Source: Balanoglossus misakiensis (Eukaryota > Animalia > Hemichordata). Taken from it: a stretch of DNA of 64,000 bases. The translations under genes were made by a program, and so were the position numbers. The notes beneath the pieces are model-generated. The model did not search any database. It saw only the letters and a program-made list of their open reading frames with translations, and was not told where the DNA came from. Location: contig CM082598.2 of assembly GCA_040954595.2 (NCBI GenBank), positions 9,005,097-9,069,096 on the forward strand. The letters are read 5' to 3'. Positions 34,901 through 49,900 of the stretch are shown piece after piece; position 1 is the first letter of the stretch, and each line of letters opens with the position of its first letter.

Positions 34901-37900
34901 TTTCATACATCATCAGATATCCAAATATGAAAAAATGATTTAGATTTTAGATGATTGTCCAAAATTAGCTGATATGTAATAAATGTAGTATTGAACCGTT
35001 CTGTTCCCCCCACCCCCTACATTATATGCGGTACGCCGATGTCAGCTTACCCGGCAGTACTGCAGGCCGTGCCCCCAACTAACGTCGGTGTTTGAAACGC
35101 CCTGGTTAAATTCGGGCTTTCTCTATAAATTGACAGGCAATAATGCAGTCCTACCCGAACAAATGTCGAGTGTTGACCCGCTGTGACTTTCCCTCTTCGG
35201 TTAGTCCGACTTAGCCAACGTCTTTGTACTAGAGTGTCGGGTCTTTTGCAGAGCCAGGCCGAAGGAAATCCGACTTGATCACCGTTGCTAACGAACGCTA
35301 GTGTCTGTCATGGTGTGCCGGGGTTTTAGTCGAGCCAGGCCGTAGGAGATCTGACTTGATCATCGTGGTCAATGTACGCGTGTTTCCGCTCTAAAGTGCT
35401 GGGGCTTCAGCTAAACCAGGCCGTAGGAAATCCGACGTAATCACCGTTGATAACTTACGCCAGTCTGTGTCATATAGAGCCGGTGCACCAGCCGAGTCAC
35501 GCCGTAGGAAATCTGACTTAATCAACGTGGTCAATGTACGCCTGTTTCTGCTCTAGAGTGCCGGGGCTTCAGCTAAGCCAGGCCGTAGGAAACCCGACGT
35601 GATTACCGTTGTTAACTTACGCCAGTCTGTGTCCTATATATAGTGCCGGGGCATCAGCCGTGCCAGGCCGAAGGAAATGTGAGTAGATCAACGTGGTCTC
35701 TGTACGCGTGTTTCTGCTCTAGAGTGCCAGGGCTTTAGCCAAGCCGTGCCGTAGGAAATCTGACTTGATCAACGTTGCTAACGAACGCTAGTGTCTGTCA
35801 TAGTGTGCCGGGGTTTTAGTCGAGCCAAGCCGTAGGAGATCAGACTTGATCAACGTGGTCTCTGTACGCGTGTTTCTGCTCTAGAGTGCCGGGGCTTTAT
35901 CCAAGCCGTGCCGTAGAAAATCTGACTTGATCACCGTTGCTAACGTACGCTAGTGTCTGTCATATTGTGACGGAGATTTAGCTGAGCCAGGCCGTAGAAA
36001 AATCGACTTGTTCAACGTTACCAGTGTGCAACTGTTTCTGCTCTAGAGTGTCAGAGTTTTAGCCGACTTATGCTGTAGGAAATCTGAGTTGATGAACGGG
36101 AATTCAACATTAGAAAACCCGTGTGGAAAGTATCTCTACCCGTTTGAAACTAAGAAAAGAATTTATTCTTATTTATTTTGTAAAAAAGACAATTTTTCGA
36201 AAAAAAAGTCGAAAATGGTAATTTTGTCTTGGGTGATTCAAATTATACCGCCTTTTCTGGAATTTGCAGCACTTTTTACAAGAGAACGACACTTCATGCT
36301 CCATAATATTTCCGAAAATGAAGAAAAGAGTTAATTTTTGATGATTTTTTAAAAATTTACCCTTTTTGTCAAAATATGGCCAAAATGGCTATTTTTTCTG
36401 GAATTCCGTCAATATCTCTGCATTTTTGGAGTGGTCGAAACTTTTAACATACAATCAACATGTCATATATGATCAGGGCACCAAATTCGAAGAACAAAGG
36501 TTTTGTTATTTTTTTTTCTAAAAATGACATTTTCAAGGAAAATTTGGTAAAACGCAATTTTGTCTGTAGTGAGCCAAATTAGACGGTCTTTTGTGGAATT
36601 TGTATCGATATTTACATACGAAGAGCATTCTATACTCCATCAGATTTCCGAAAATGTAGAAAAAAGGTATTTTTTGTAATTTTAAAAAATTTACCATTTT
36701 GACAAAATTGTGGCTAAAATTGTTATTTTCGTGTTGAATGCCGCCAGTGTCACTGCTTTTAAAATTCATAAAAACTTTTAACATACAAGCAATTGTTTAT
36801 ATATGATCAGGTCACCGAATTAAAAAAATAAATAATGTTTTGCCTAAAAATGACCTTTTTGGTGCAAAAACGAATAAAACGCAATTTTGTATTAAATCAG
36901 CTCATTCAGAGTGCATTTTTTATAATCAGCACCATTTTTACATATAATGGAAATTTCATACATCATCAGATATCCAAATATGAAAAAATGATTTAGATTT
37001 TAGATGATTGTCCAAAATTAGCTGATATGTAATAAATGTAGTATTGAACCGTTCTGTTCCCCCCCCCCCCTACATTATATGCGGTACGCCGATGTCAGCT
37101 TACCCGGCAGTACTGCAGGCCGTGCCCCCAACTAACGTCGGTGTTTGAAACGCCCTGGTTAAATTCGGGCTTTCTCTATAAATTGACAGGCAATAATGCA
37201 GTCCTACCCGAACAAATGTCGAGTGTTGACCCGCTGTGACTTTCCCTCTTCGGTTAGTCCGACTTAGCCAACGTCTTTGTACTAGAGTGTCGGGTCTTTT
37301 GCAGAGCCAGGCCGAAGGAAATCCGACTTGATCACCGTTGCTAACGAACGCTAGTGTCTGTCATGGTGTGCCGGGGTTTTAGTCGAGCCAGGCCGTAGGA
37401 GATCTGACTTGATCATCGTGGTCAATGTACGCGTGTTTCCGCTCTAAAGTGCTGGGGCTTCAGCTAAACCAGGCCGTAGGAAATCCGACGTAATCACCGT
37501 TGATAACTTACGCCAGTCTGTGTCATATAGAGCCGGTGCACCAGCCGAGTCACGCCGTAGGAAATCTGACTTAATCAACGTGGTCAATGTACGCCTGTTT
37601 CTGCTCTAGAGTGCCGGGGCTTCAGCTAAGCCAGGCCGTAGGAAATCCGACGTAATCACCGTTGATAACTTACGCCAGTCTGTGTCATATAGAGCCGGTG
37701 CACCAGCCGTGCCAGGCCGAAGGAAATGTGAGTAGATCAACGTGGTCTCTGTACGCGTGTTTCTGCTCTAGAGTGCCAGGGCTTTAGCCAAGCCATGCAG
37801 TAGGAAATCTGACTTGATCAACGTTGCTAACGAACGCTAGTGTCTGTCATAGTGTGCCGGGGTTTTAGTCGAGCCAAGCCGTAGGAGATCAGACTTGATC

Positions 37901-40900
37901 AACGTGGTCTCTGTACGCGTGTTTCTGCTCTAGAGTGCCGGGGCTTTATCCAAGCCGTGCCGTAGAAAATCCGACTTGATCACCGTTGCTAACGTACGCT
38001 AGTGTCTGTCATATTGTGACGGAGATTTAGCTGAGCCAGGCCGTAGTAAAATCGACTTGTTCAACGTTACCAGTGTGCAACTGTTTCTGCTCTAGAGTGT
38101 CAGAGTTTTAGCCGACTTATGCTGTAGGAAATCTGAGTTGATGAACGGGAATTCAACATTAGAAAACCCGTGTGGAAAGTATCTCTACCCGTTTGAAACT
38201 AAGAAAAGAATTTATTCTTATTTATTTTGTAAAAAAGACAATTTTTCGAAAAAAATTCGAAAATGGTAATTTTGTCTTGGGTGATTCAAATTATACCGCC
38301 TTTTCTGGAATTTGCAGCACTTTTTACAAGAGAACGACACTTCATGCTCCATAATATTTCCGAAAATGAAGAAAAGATTTAATTTTTTATGATTTTTTAA
38401 AAATTTACCACTTTTGTCAAAATATGGCCAAAATGGCTATTTTTTCTTGAATTCCGTCAATATCTCTGCATTTTTGGAGTGGTCGAAACTTTTAACATAC
38501 AATCAACATGTCATATATAATCAGGGCACCGAATTCGAAGAACAATTAAAGCTTTTTTTAATTATTTTTCTAAACATGACATTTTCAAGCAAAATTTGAT
38601 AACATGCAATTTTGTCTGCAGTGAGCCAAATTAGACTGTCTTTTGTGGTATTTGTATCGATATATACATACGAAGGGCATTCTATACTCCATCAGATTAC
38701 CGAAAATGTAGAAAACATTTATTTTTCGTAATTTTCAAAAATTTACCATTTTTGACCAAAATGTGGCTGAAATTGTTATTTTCGTCTTGAATGCCGCCAG
38801 TGTCACTGCTTTTAAGAGTCATAAAAACTTTTAACATACAAGCAATTGTTTATATATGATCAGGTCACCGAATTCAAAAAATAAAGAATGTTTTGCATAA
38901 AAATGACCTTTTTAGTGCAAACAATGAATAAAACGCAATTTTGTATTAAATCAGCTCATTCAGAGTGCATTTTTAGAATCAGCACCATTTTTACATATAA
39001 TGGAAATTTCATACATCATCAGATATCCAAATATGAAAAAATGATTTAGATTTTAGCTGATTGTCCAAAATTAGCTGATATCTAATAAATGTAGTATTGA
39101 ACCGTTCTGTTCCCCCCCCCCCCTACATTATATGCGGTACGCCGATGTCAGCTTACCCGGCAGTACTGCAGGCCGTGTCCCCAACTAACGTCGGTGTTTG
39201 AAACGCCCTGGTTAAATTCGGGCTTTCTCTATAAATTGACAGGCAATAATGCAGTCCTACCCGAACAAATGTCGAGTGTTGACCCGCTGTGACTTCCCCT
39301 CTTTGGTTTGCCCGACTTAGCCAACGTCTTTGTACTAGAGTGTCGGGTCTTTTGCAGAGCCAGGCCGAAGGAAATCCGACTTGATCACCGTTGCTAACGA
39401 ACACTAGTGTCTGTCATGGTGTGCCGGGGTTTTAGTCGAGCCAGGCCGTAGGAGATCTGACTTGATCATCGTGGTCAATGTACGCGTGTTTCTGCTCTAA
39501 AGTGCCGGGGCTTCGGCTAAACCAGGCCGTAGGAAATCCGACGTAATCACCGTTGATAACTTACGCCAGTGTCTGTCATGGTGTGCCGGGGTTTTAGTCG
39601 AGCCAGGCCGTAGGAGATCTGACTTGATCATCGTGGTCAATGTACGCGTGTTTCCGCTCTAAAGTGCCGGGGCTTCAGCTAAACCAGGCCGTTAGAAATC
39701 CGACGTAATCACCATTGATAACTTACGCCAGTCTGTGTCATATAGAGCCGGTGCACCAGCGGAGTCACGCCGTAGGAAATCTGACTTGATCAACGTGGTC
39801 AATGTACACCTGTTTCTGCTCTAGAGTGCCGGGGCTTCAGCTGAGCCAGGCCGTAGGAAACCCGACGTGATTACCGTTGTTAACTTACGCCAGTCTGCGT
39901 ACTATAGAGCCGGTGCACCAGCCGAGTCACGCCGTAGGAAATCTGACTTGATCAACGTGGTCAATGTACGCCTGTTTCTGCTCTAGAGTGCCGGGGCTTC
40001 AGCTGAGCCAGGCCGTAGGAAACCCGACGTGATTACCGTTGTTAACTTACGCCAGTCTGTGTCCTATATATAGTGCCGGGGCATCAGCCGTGCCAGGCCG
40101 AAGGAAATGTGAGTAGATTAACGTGGTCTCTGTACGCGTGTTTCTGCTCTAGAGTGCCGGGGCTTTATCCAAGCCGTGCCGTAGAAAATCTGACTTGATC
40201 ACCGTTGCTAACGTACGCTAGTGTCAGTCATATTGTGACGGAGATTTAGCCGAGCCAGGCCGTAGAAAAATCGACTTGTTCAACGTTACCAGTGTGCAAC
40301 TGTTTCTGCTCTAGAGTGTCAGGGTTTTAGCCGACTTATGCTGTAGCAAATCTGAGTTGATGAACGGGAATTCAATGTTAGAAAACCCGTGTGGAAAGTA
40401 TCTATACCCGTTTGAAACTAAGAAAAGAATTTATTCTTATTTATTTTGTAAAAAAGACAATTTTTATAAAAAAAGTCGAAAATGGTAATTTTGTCTTGGG
40501 TGATTCAAATTATACCGCCTTTCCTGGAATTTGCAGCACTTTTTACAAGAGAACGACACTTCATGCTCCATAATATTTCCGAAAATGAAGAAAAGAGTTA
40601 ATTTTTTATGATTTTTTACAAATTTACCATTTTTGTCAAAATATGGCCAAAATGACTATTTTTTCTTGAATTCCGTCAATATCTCTGCATTTTTGGAGTG
40701 GTCGAAACTTTTAACATACAATCAACATGTCATATATAATCAGGGCACCGAATTCGAGAACAATTAAAGCTTTTTTTAATTGTTTTTCTAAAAATGACAT
40801 TTTCAAGCAAAATTTGATAACATGCAATTTTGTCTGCAATGAGCCAAATTAGACGGTCTTTTGTGGAAATTGTATCGATATATACAAACGAAGGGCATTC

Positions 40901-43900
40901 TATACTCCATCAGATTACAGAAAATGTAGAAAACAGTTATTTTTCGTTATTTTCAAAAATTTACCATTTTTGACCAAAATGTGGCTAAAATTGTTATTTT
41001 CGTCTTGAACGCCGCCAGTGTCACTGCTTTTAAGAGTCATAAAAACTTTTAACATACAAGCAATTGTTTATATATGATCAGGTCACCGAATTCAAAAAAT
41101 AAAGAATGTTTTGCATAAAAATGACCTTTTTAGTGCAAACAATGAATAAAACGCAATTTTGTATTAAATCAGCTCATTCAGAGTGCATTTTTAGAATCAG
41201 CACCATTTTTACATATAATGGAAATTTCATACATCATCAGATATCCAAATATGAAAAAATGATTTAGATTTTAGCTGATTGTCCAAAATTAGCTGATATC
41301 TAATAAATGTAGTATTGAACCATTCTGTTCCCCCCCTACATTATATGCGGTACGCCGATGTCAGCTTACCCGGCAGTACTGCAGGCCGTGTCCCCAACTA
41401 ACGTCGGTGTTTGAAACGCCCTGGTTAAATTCGGGCTTTCTCTATAAATTGACAGGCAATAATGCAGTCCTACCCGAACAAATGTCGAGTGTTGACCCGC
41501 TGTGACTTCCCCTCTTTGGTTTGCCCGACTTAGCCAACGTCTTTGTACTAGAGTGTCGGGTCTTTTGCAGAGCCAGGCCGAAGGAAATCCGACTTGATCA
41601 CCGTTGCTAACGAACACTAGTGTCTGTCATGGTGTGCCGGGGTTTTAGTCGAGCCAGGCCGTAGGAGATCTGACTTGATCATCGTGGTCAATGTACGCGT
41701 GTTTCTGCTCTAAAGTGCCGGGGCTTCGGCTAAACCAGGCCGTAGGAAATCCGACGTAATCACCGTTGATAACTTACGCCAGTGTCTGTCATGGTGTGCC
41801 GGGGTTTTAGTCGAGCCAGGCCGTAGGAAACCCGACGTGATTACCGTTGTTAACTTACGCCAGTCTGTGTACTATAGAGCCGGTGCACCAGCCGAGTCAC
41901 GCCGTAGGAAATCTGACTTGATCAACGTGGTCAATGTACACCTGTTTCTTCTCTAGAGTGCCGGGGCTTCAGCTGAGCCAGGCCGTAGGAAACCCGACGT
42001 GATTACCGTTGTTAACTTACGCCAGTCTGTGTACTATAGAGCCGGTGCACCAGCCGAGTCACGCCGTAGGAAATCTGACTTGATCAACGTGGTCAATGTA
42101 CGCCTGTTTCTGCTCTAGAGTGCCGGGGCTTCAGCTGAGCCAGGCCGTAGGAAACCCGACGTGATTACCGTTGTTAACTTACGCCAGTCTGTGTCCTATA
42201 TATAGTGCCGGGGCATCAGCCGTGCCAGGCCGAAGGAAATGTGAGTAGATTAACGTGGTCTCTGTACGCGTGTTTCTGCTCTAGAGTGCCGGGGTTTTAT
42301 CCAAGCCGTGCCGTAGAAAATCTGACTTGATCACCGTTGCTAACGTACGCTAGTGTCTGTCATATTGTGACGGAGATTTAGCCGAGCCAGGCCGTAGAAA
42401 AATCGACTTGTTCAACGTTACCAGTGTGCAACTGTTTCTGCTCTAGAGTGTCAGGGTTTTAGCCGACTTATGCTGTAGCATATCTGAGTTGATGAACGGG
42501 AATTCAATGTTAGAAAACCCGTGTGGAAAGTATCTCTACCCGTTTGAAACTAAGAAAAGAATTTATTCTTATTTATTTTGTAAAAAAGACAATTTTTATA
42601 AAAAAAGTCGAAAATGGTAATTTTGTCTTGGGTGATTCAAATTATACCGCCTTTCCTGGAATTTGCAGCACTTTTTACAAGAGAACGACACTTCATGCTC
42701 CATAATATTTCCGAAAATGAAGAAAAGAGTTAATTTTTTATGATTTTTTACAAATTTACCATTTTTGTCAAAATATGGCCAAAATGACTATTTTTTCTTG
42801 AATTCCGTCAATATCTCTGCATTTTTGGAGTGGTCGAAACTTTTAACATACAATCAACATGTCATATATAATCAGGGCACCGAATTCGAAGAACAATTAA
42901 AGCTTTTTTTAATTGTTTTTCTAAAAATGACATTTTCAAGCAAAATTTGATAACATGCAATTTTGTCTGCAATGAGCCAAATTAGACTGTCTTTTGTGGA
43001 AATTGTATCGATATATACAAACGAAGGACATTCTATACTCCATCAGATTACAGAAAATGTAGAAAACAGTTATTTTTCGTTATTTTCAAAAATTTACCAT
43101 TTTTGACCAAAATGTGGCTAAAATTGTTATTTTCGTCTTGAACGCCGCCAGTGTCACTGCTTTTAAGAGTCATAAAAACTTTTAACATACAAGCAATTGT
43201 TTATATATGATCAGGTCACCGAATTCAAAAAATAAAGAATGCTTTGCATAAAAATGACCTTTTTAGTGCAAACAATGAATAAAACGCAATTTTGTATTAA
43301 ATCAGCTCATTCAGAGTGCATTTTTAGAATCAGCACCATTTTTACATATAATGGAAATTTCATACATCATCAGATATCCAAATATGAAAAAATGATTTAG
43401 ATTTTAGCTGATTGTCCAAAATTAGCTGATATCTAATAAATGTAGTATTGAACCATTCTGTCCCCCCCCCCCTACATTATATGCGGTACGCCGATGTCAG
43501 CTTACCCGGCAGTACTGCAGGCCGTGTCCCCAACTAACGTCGGTGTTTGAAACGCTCTGGTTAAATTCGGGCTTTCTCTATAAATTTACAGGCAATAATG
43601 CAGTCCTACCCGAACAAATGTCGAGTGTTGACCCGCTGTGACTTCCCCTCTTTGGTTTGCCCGACTTAGCCAACGTCTTTGTACTAGAGTGTCGGGTCTT
43701 TTGCAGAGCCAGGCCGAAGGAAATCCGACTTGATCACCGTTGCTAACGAACACTAGTGTCTGTCATGGTGTGCCGGGGTTTTAGTCGAGCCAGGCCGTAG
43801 GAGATCTGACTTGATCATCGTGGTCAATGTACGCGTGTTTCTGCTCTAAAGTGCCGGGGCTTCAGCTAAACCAGGCCGTAGGTAATCCGACGTAATCACC

Positions 43901-46900
43901 GTTGATAACTTACGCCAGTGTCTGTCATGGTGTGCCGGGGTTTTAGTCGAGCCAGGCCGTAGGAGATCTGACTTGATCATCGTGGTCAATGTACGCGTGT
44001 TTCCGCTATAAAGTGCCGGGGCTTCAGCTAAATCAGGCCGTTAGAAATCCGAGGTAATCACCATTGATAACTTACGCCAGTCTGTGTCATATAGAGCCGG
44101 TGCTCCAGCGGAGTCACGCCGTAGGAAATCTGACTTGATCAACGTGGTCAATGTACACCAGTTTCTGCTCTAGAGTGCCGGGGCTTCAGCTGAGCCAGGC
44201 CGTAGGAAACCCGACGTGATTACCGTTGTTAACTTACGCCAGTCTGTGTACTATAGAGCCGGTGCACCAGCCGAGTCACGCCGTAGGAAATCTGACTTGA
44301 TCAACGTGGTCAATGTACGCCTGTTTCTGCTCTAGAGTGCCGGGGCTTCAGCTGAGCCAGGCCGTAGGAAACCCGACGTGATTACCGTTGTTAACTTACG
44401 CCAGTCTGTGTCCTATATATAGTGCCGGGGCATCAGCCGTGCCAGGCCGAAGGAAATGTGAGTAGATCAACGTGGTCTCTGTACGCGTGTTTCTGCTCTA
44501 GAGTGCCGGGGTTTTATCCAAGCCATGCCGTAGAAAATCTGACTTGATCACCGTTGCTAACGTACGCTAGTGTCTGTCATATTGTGACGGAGATTTAGCT
44601 GAGCCAGGCCGTAGAAAAATCGACTTGTTCAACGTTACCAGTGTGCAACTGTTTCTGCTCTAGAGTGTCAGAGTTTTAGCCGACTTATGCTGTAGGAAAT
44701 CTGAGTTGATGAACGGGAATTCAATATTAGAAAACCCGTGTGGAAAGTATCTCTACCCGTTTGAAACTAAGAAAAGAATTTATTCTTATTTATTTTGTAA
44801 AAAAGACAATTTTTCGAAAAAAAGTCGAAAATGGTAATTTTGTCTTGGGTGATTCAAATTATACCGCCTTTTCTGGAATTTGCAGTACTTTTTACAAGAG
44901 AACGACACTTCATGCTCCATAATATTTCCGAACAAATTACCATTTTTGTCAAAATATGGCCAAAATGGCTATTTTTTCTTGAATTCCGTCAATATCTCTG
45001 CATTTTTGGAGTGGTCGAAACTTTTAACATACAATCAACATGTCATATATGATCAGGGCACCAAATTCGAAGAACAATGGTTTTGTTATTTTTTTTTCTA
45101 AAAATGACATTTTCAAGGAAAATTTGGTAAAACGCAATTTTGTCTGTAGTGAGCCAAATTAGACGGTCTTTTGTGGAATTTGTATCGATATTTACATACG
45201 AAGAGCATTCTATACTCCATCAGATTTCCGAAAATGTAGTAAAAGGTATTTTTTGTAATTTTCAAAAATTTACCATTTTGACAAAATTGTGGCTAAAATT
45301 GTTATTTTCGTGTTGAATGCCGCCAGTGTCACTGCTTTTAAAATTCATAAAAACTTTTAACATACAAGCAATTGTTTATATATGATCAGGTCACCGAATT
45401 GAAAAAATAAATAAAGTTTTGCCTAAAAATGACCTTTTTGGTGCAAAAACGAATAAAACGCAATTTTGTATTAAATCAGCTCATTCAGAGTGCATTTTTT
45501 ATAATCAGCACCATTTTTACATATAATGGAAATTTTATACAACATCAGATATCCAAATATGAAAAAATGATTTAGATTTTAGATGATTGTCCAAAATTAG
45601 CTGATATCTAATAAATGTAGTATTGAACCGTTCTGTCCCCCCCCCCCCTTACATTATATGCGGTACGCCGATGTCAGCTTACCCGGCAGTACTGCAGGCC
45701 GTGCCCCCAACTAACGTCGGTGTTTGAAACGCCCTGGTTAAATTCGGGCTTTCTCTATAAATTGACAGGCAATAATGCAGTCCTACCCGAACAAATGTCG
45801 AGTGTTGACCCGCTGTGACTTTCCCTCTTCGGTTTGCCCGACTTAGCCAACGTCTTTGTACTAGAGTGTCGGGTCTTTTACAGAGCCAGGCCGAAGGAAA
45901 TCCGACTTGATCGCCGTTGCTAACGAACGCTAGTGTCTTTCATGGTGTGCCGGGGTTTAAGTCGAGCCAGGCCGTAGGAGATCTGACTTGATCATCGTGG
46001 TCAATGTACGCGTGTTTCCGCTCTAAAGTGCCGGGGCTTCAGCTAAACCAGGCCGTAGGAAATCCGACGTAATCACCGTTGATAACTTACGCCAGTCTGT
46101 GTCATATAGAGCCGGTGCACCAGCCGAGTCACGCCGTAGGAAATCTGACTTGATCAACGTGGTCAATGTACGCCTGTTTCTGCTCTAGAGTGCTGGGGCT
46201 TCAGCTGAGCCAGGCCGTAGGAAACCCGACGTGATTACCGTTGTTAACTTACGCCAGTCTGTGTCCTAAATATAGTGCCGGGGTATCAGCCGTGCCAGGC
46301 CGAAGGAAATGTGAGTAGACCAACGTGGTCTCTGTACGCGTGTTTCTGCTCTAGAGTGCCAGGGCTTTAGCCAAGCCATGCCGTAGGAAATCTGACTTGA
46401 TCAACGTTGCTAACGAACGCTAGTGTCTGTCATAGTGTGCCGGGGTTTTAGTCGAGCCAAGCCGTAGGAGATCAGACTTGATCAACGTGGTCTCCGTACG
46501 CGTGTTTCTGCTCTAGAGTGCCGGGGCTTTATCCAAGCCGTGCCGTAGAAAATCTGACTTGATCACCGTTGCTAACGAACGCTAGTGTCTGTCATAGTGT
46601 GCCGGGGTTTTAGTCCAGCCAAGCCGTAGGAGATCAGACTTGATCAACGTGGTCTCTGTACGCGTGTTTCTGCTCTAGAGTGCCGGGGCTTTATCCAAGC
46701 CGTGCCGTAGAAAATCTGACTTGATCACCGTTGCTAACGTACGCTAGTGTCTGTCATATTGTGACGGAGATTTAGCCGAGCCAGGCCGTAGAAAAATCGA
46801 CTTGTTCAACGTTACCAGTGTGCAACTGTTTCTGCTCTAGAGTGTCAGGGTTTTAGCCGACTTATGCTGTAGGAAATCTGAGTTGATGAACGGGAATTCA

Positions 46901-49900
46901 ATGTTAGAAAACACGTGTGGAAAGTATCTCTACCCGTTTGAAACTAAGAAAAGAATTTATTCTTATTTATTTTGTAAAAAAGACAATTTTTCGAAAAAAA
47001 GTCGAAAATGGTAATTTTGTCTTGGGTGATTCAAATTATACCGCCTTTTCTGGAATTTGCAGCACTTTTTACAAGAGAACGACACTTCATGCTCCATAAT
47101 ATTTCCGAACAAATTACCATTTTTGTCAAAATATGGCCAAAATGGCTATTTTTTCTTGAATTCCGTCAAATTCGAAGAACAATGGTTTTGTTATTTTTTT
47201 TTCTAAAAATGACATTTTCAAGGAAAATTTGGTAAAACGCAATTTTGTCTGTAGTGAGCCAAATTAGACGGTCTTTTGTGGAATTTGTATCGATATTTAC
47301 ATACGAAGAGCATTCTATACTCCATCCGATTTCCGAAAATGTAGTAAAAGGTATTTTTTGTATTTTTCAAAAATTTACCATTTTGACAAAATTGTGGCTA
47401 AAATTGTTATTTTCGTGTTGAATGCCGCCAGTGTCACTGCTTTTAAAATTCATAAAAACTTTTAACATACAAGCAATTGTTTATATATGATCAGGTCACC
47501 GAATTGAAAAAATAAATAAAGTTTTGCCTAAAAATGACCTTTTTGGTGCAAAAACGAATAAAACGCAATTTTGTATTAAATCAGCTCATTCAGAGTGCAT
47601 TTTTTATAATCAGCACCATTTTTACATATAATGGAAATTTTATACAACATCAGATATCCAAATATGAAAAAATGATTTAGATTTTAGATGATTGTCCAAA
47701 ATTAGCTGATATCTAATAAATGTAGTATTGAACCGTTCTGTCCCCCCCCCCTTACATTATATGCGGTACGCCGATGTCAGCTTACCCGGCAGTACTGCAG
47801 GCCGTGCCCCCAACTAACGTCGGTGTTTGAAACGCCCTGGTTAAATTCGGGCTTTCTCTATAAATTGACAGGCAATAATGCAGGCCTACCCGAACAAATG
47901 TCGAGTGTTGACCCGCTGTGACTTTCCCTCTTCGGTTTGTCCGACTTAGCCAACGTCTTTGTACTAGAGTGTCGGGTCTTTTGCAGAGCCAGGCCGAAGG
48001 AAATCCGACTTGATCACCGTTGCTAACGAACGCTAGTGTCTGTCATATTGTGACGGAGATTTAGCTGAGGCAGGCCGTAGACAAATCGACTTGTTCAACG
48101 TTGCCAGTGTGCAACTGTTTCTGCTCTAGAGTGTCAGAGCCAGGCCGTAGGAGATCTGACTTGATCAACGTGGTCAATGTACGCCTGTTTCTGCTCTAGA
48201 GTTTCGGGGCTTCAGCTGAGCGAGGCCGTAGGAAACCCGACGTGATTACCGTTGTTAACTTACGCTAGTCTGTGTACTATAGAGCCGGTGCACCAGCCGA
48301 GTCACGCCGTAGGAAATCTGACTTGATCAACGTGGTCAATGTACGCCTGTTTCTGCTCTAGAGTGCCGGGGCTTCAGCTGAGCGAGGCCGTAGGAAACCC
48401 GACGTGATTACCGTTCTTAACTTACGCCAGTCTGTGTCCTATATATAGTGCCGAGGCATCAGCCGTGCCAGGCCGAAGGAAATGTGAGTAGATCAACGTG
48501 GTCTCTGTACGCGTGTTTCTGCTCTAGAGTGCCGGGGCTTTATCCAAGCCATGCCGTAGAAAATCTGACTTGATCACCGTTGCTAACGTACGCTAGTGTC
48601 TATCATATTGTGACGGAGATTTAGCTGAGGCAGGCCGTAGACAAATCGACTTGTTCAACGTTACCAGTGTGCAACTGTTTCTGCTCTAGAGTGTCAGAGT
48701 TTTAGCCGACTTATGCTGTAGGAAATCTGAGTTGATGAACGGGAATTCAATATTAGAAAACCCGTGTGGAAAGTATCTCTACCCGTTTGAAACTAAGAAA
48801 AGAATTTATTCTTATTTATTTTGTAAAAAAGACAATTTTTCGAAAAAAAGTCGAAAATGGTAATTTTGTCTTGGGTGATTCAAATTATACCGCCTTTTCT
48901 GGAATTTGCAGCACTTTTTACAAGAGAACGACACTTCATGCTCCATAATATTTCCGAAAATGAAGAAAAGAGTTAATTTTTTATGATTTTTTAAAAATTT
49001 ACCACTTTTGTCAAAATATGGCCAAAATGGCTATTTTTTCTTGAATTCCGTCAATATCTCTGCATTTTTGGAGTGGTCGAAACTTTTAACATACAATCAA
49101 CATGTCATATATAATCAGGGCACCGAATTCGAAGAACAATTAAAGCTTTTTTTAATTATTTTTCTAAAAATGACATTTTCAAGCAAAATTTGATAACATG
49201 CAATTTTGTCTGCAGTGAGCCAAATTAGACTGTCTTTTGTGGTATTTGTATCGATATATACATTTGAAGGGCATTCTATACTCCATCAGATTACCGAAAA
49301 TGTAGAAAACATTTATTTTTCGTAATTTTCAAAAATTTACCATTTTTGACCAAAATGTGGCTAAAATTGTTATTTTCGTCTTGAATGCCGCCAGTGTCAC
49401 TGCTTTTAAGAGTCATAAAAACTTTTAACATACAAGCAATTGTTTATATATGATCAGGTCACCGAATTAAAGAAAATAAAGAATGTTTTGCCTGAAAATG
49501 ACCTTTTTGGTGCAAAAACGAATAAAACGCAATTTTGTATTAAATCAGCTCATTCAGAGTGCATTTTTTATAATCAGCACCATTTTTACATATAATGGAA
49601 ATTTCATACATCATCAGATATTCAAATATGAAAAAATGATTTAGATTTTAGATGATTGTCCAAAATTAGCTGATATCTAATAAATGTAGTATTGAACCGT
49701 TCTGTCCCCCCCCCCCCACCCCTACATTATATGCGGTACGCCGATGTCAGCTTACCCGGCAGTACTGCAGGCCGTGCCCCCAACTAACGTCGGTGTTTGA
49801 AACGCCCTGGTTAAATTCGGGCTTTCTCTATAAATTGACAGGCAATAATGCAGTCCTACCCGAACAAATGTCGAGTGTTGACCCGCTGTGACTTTCCCTC

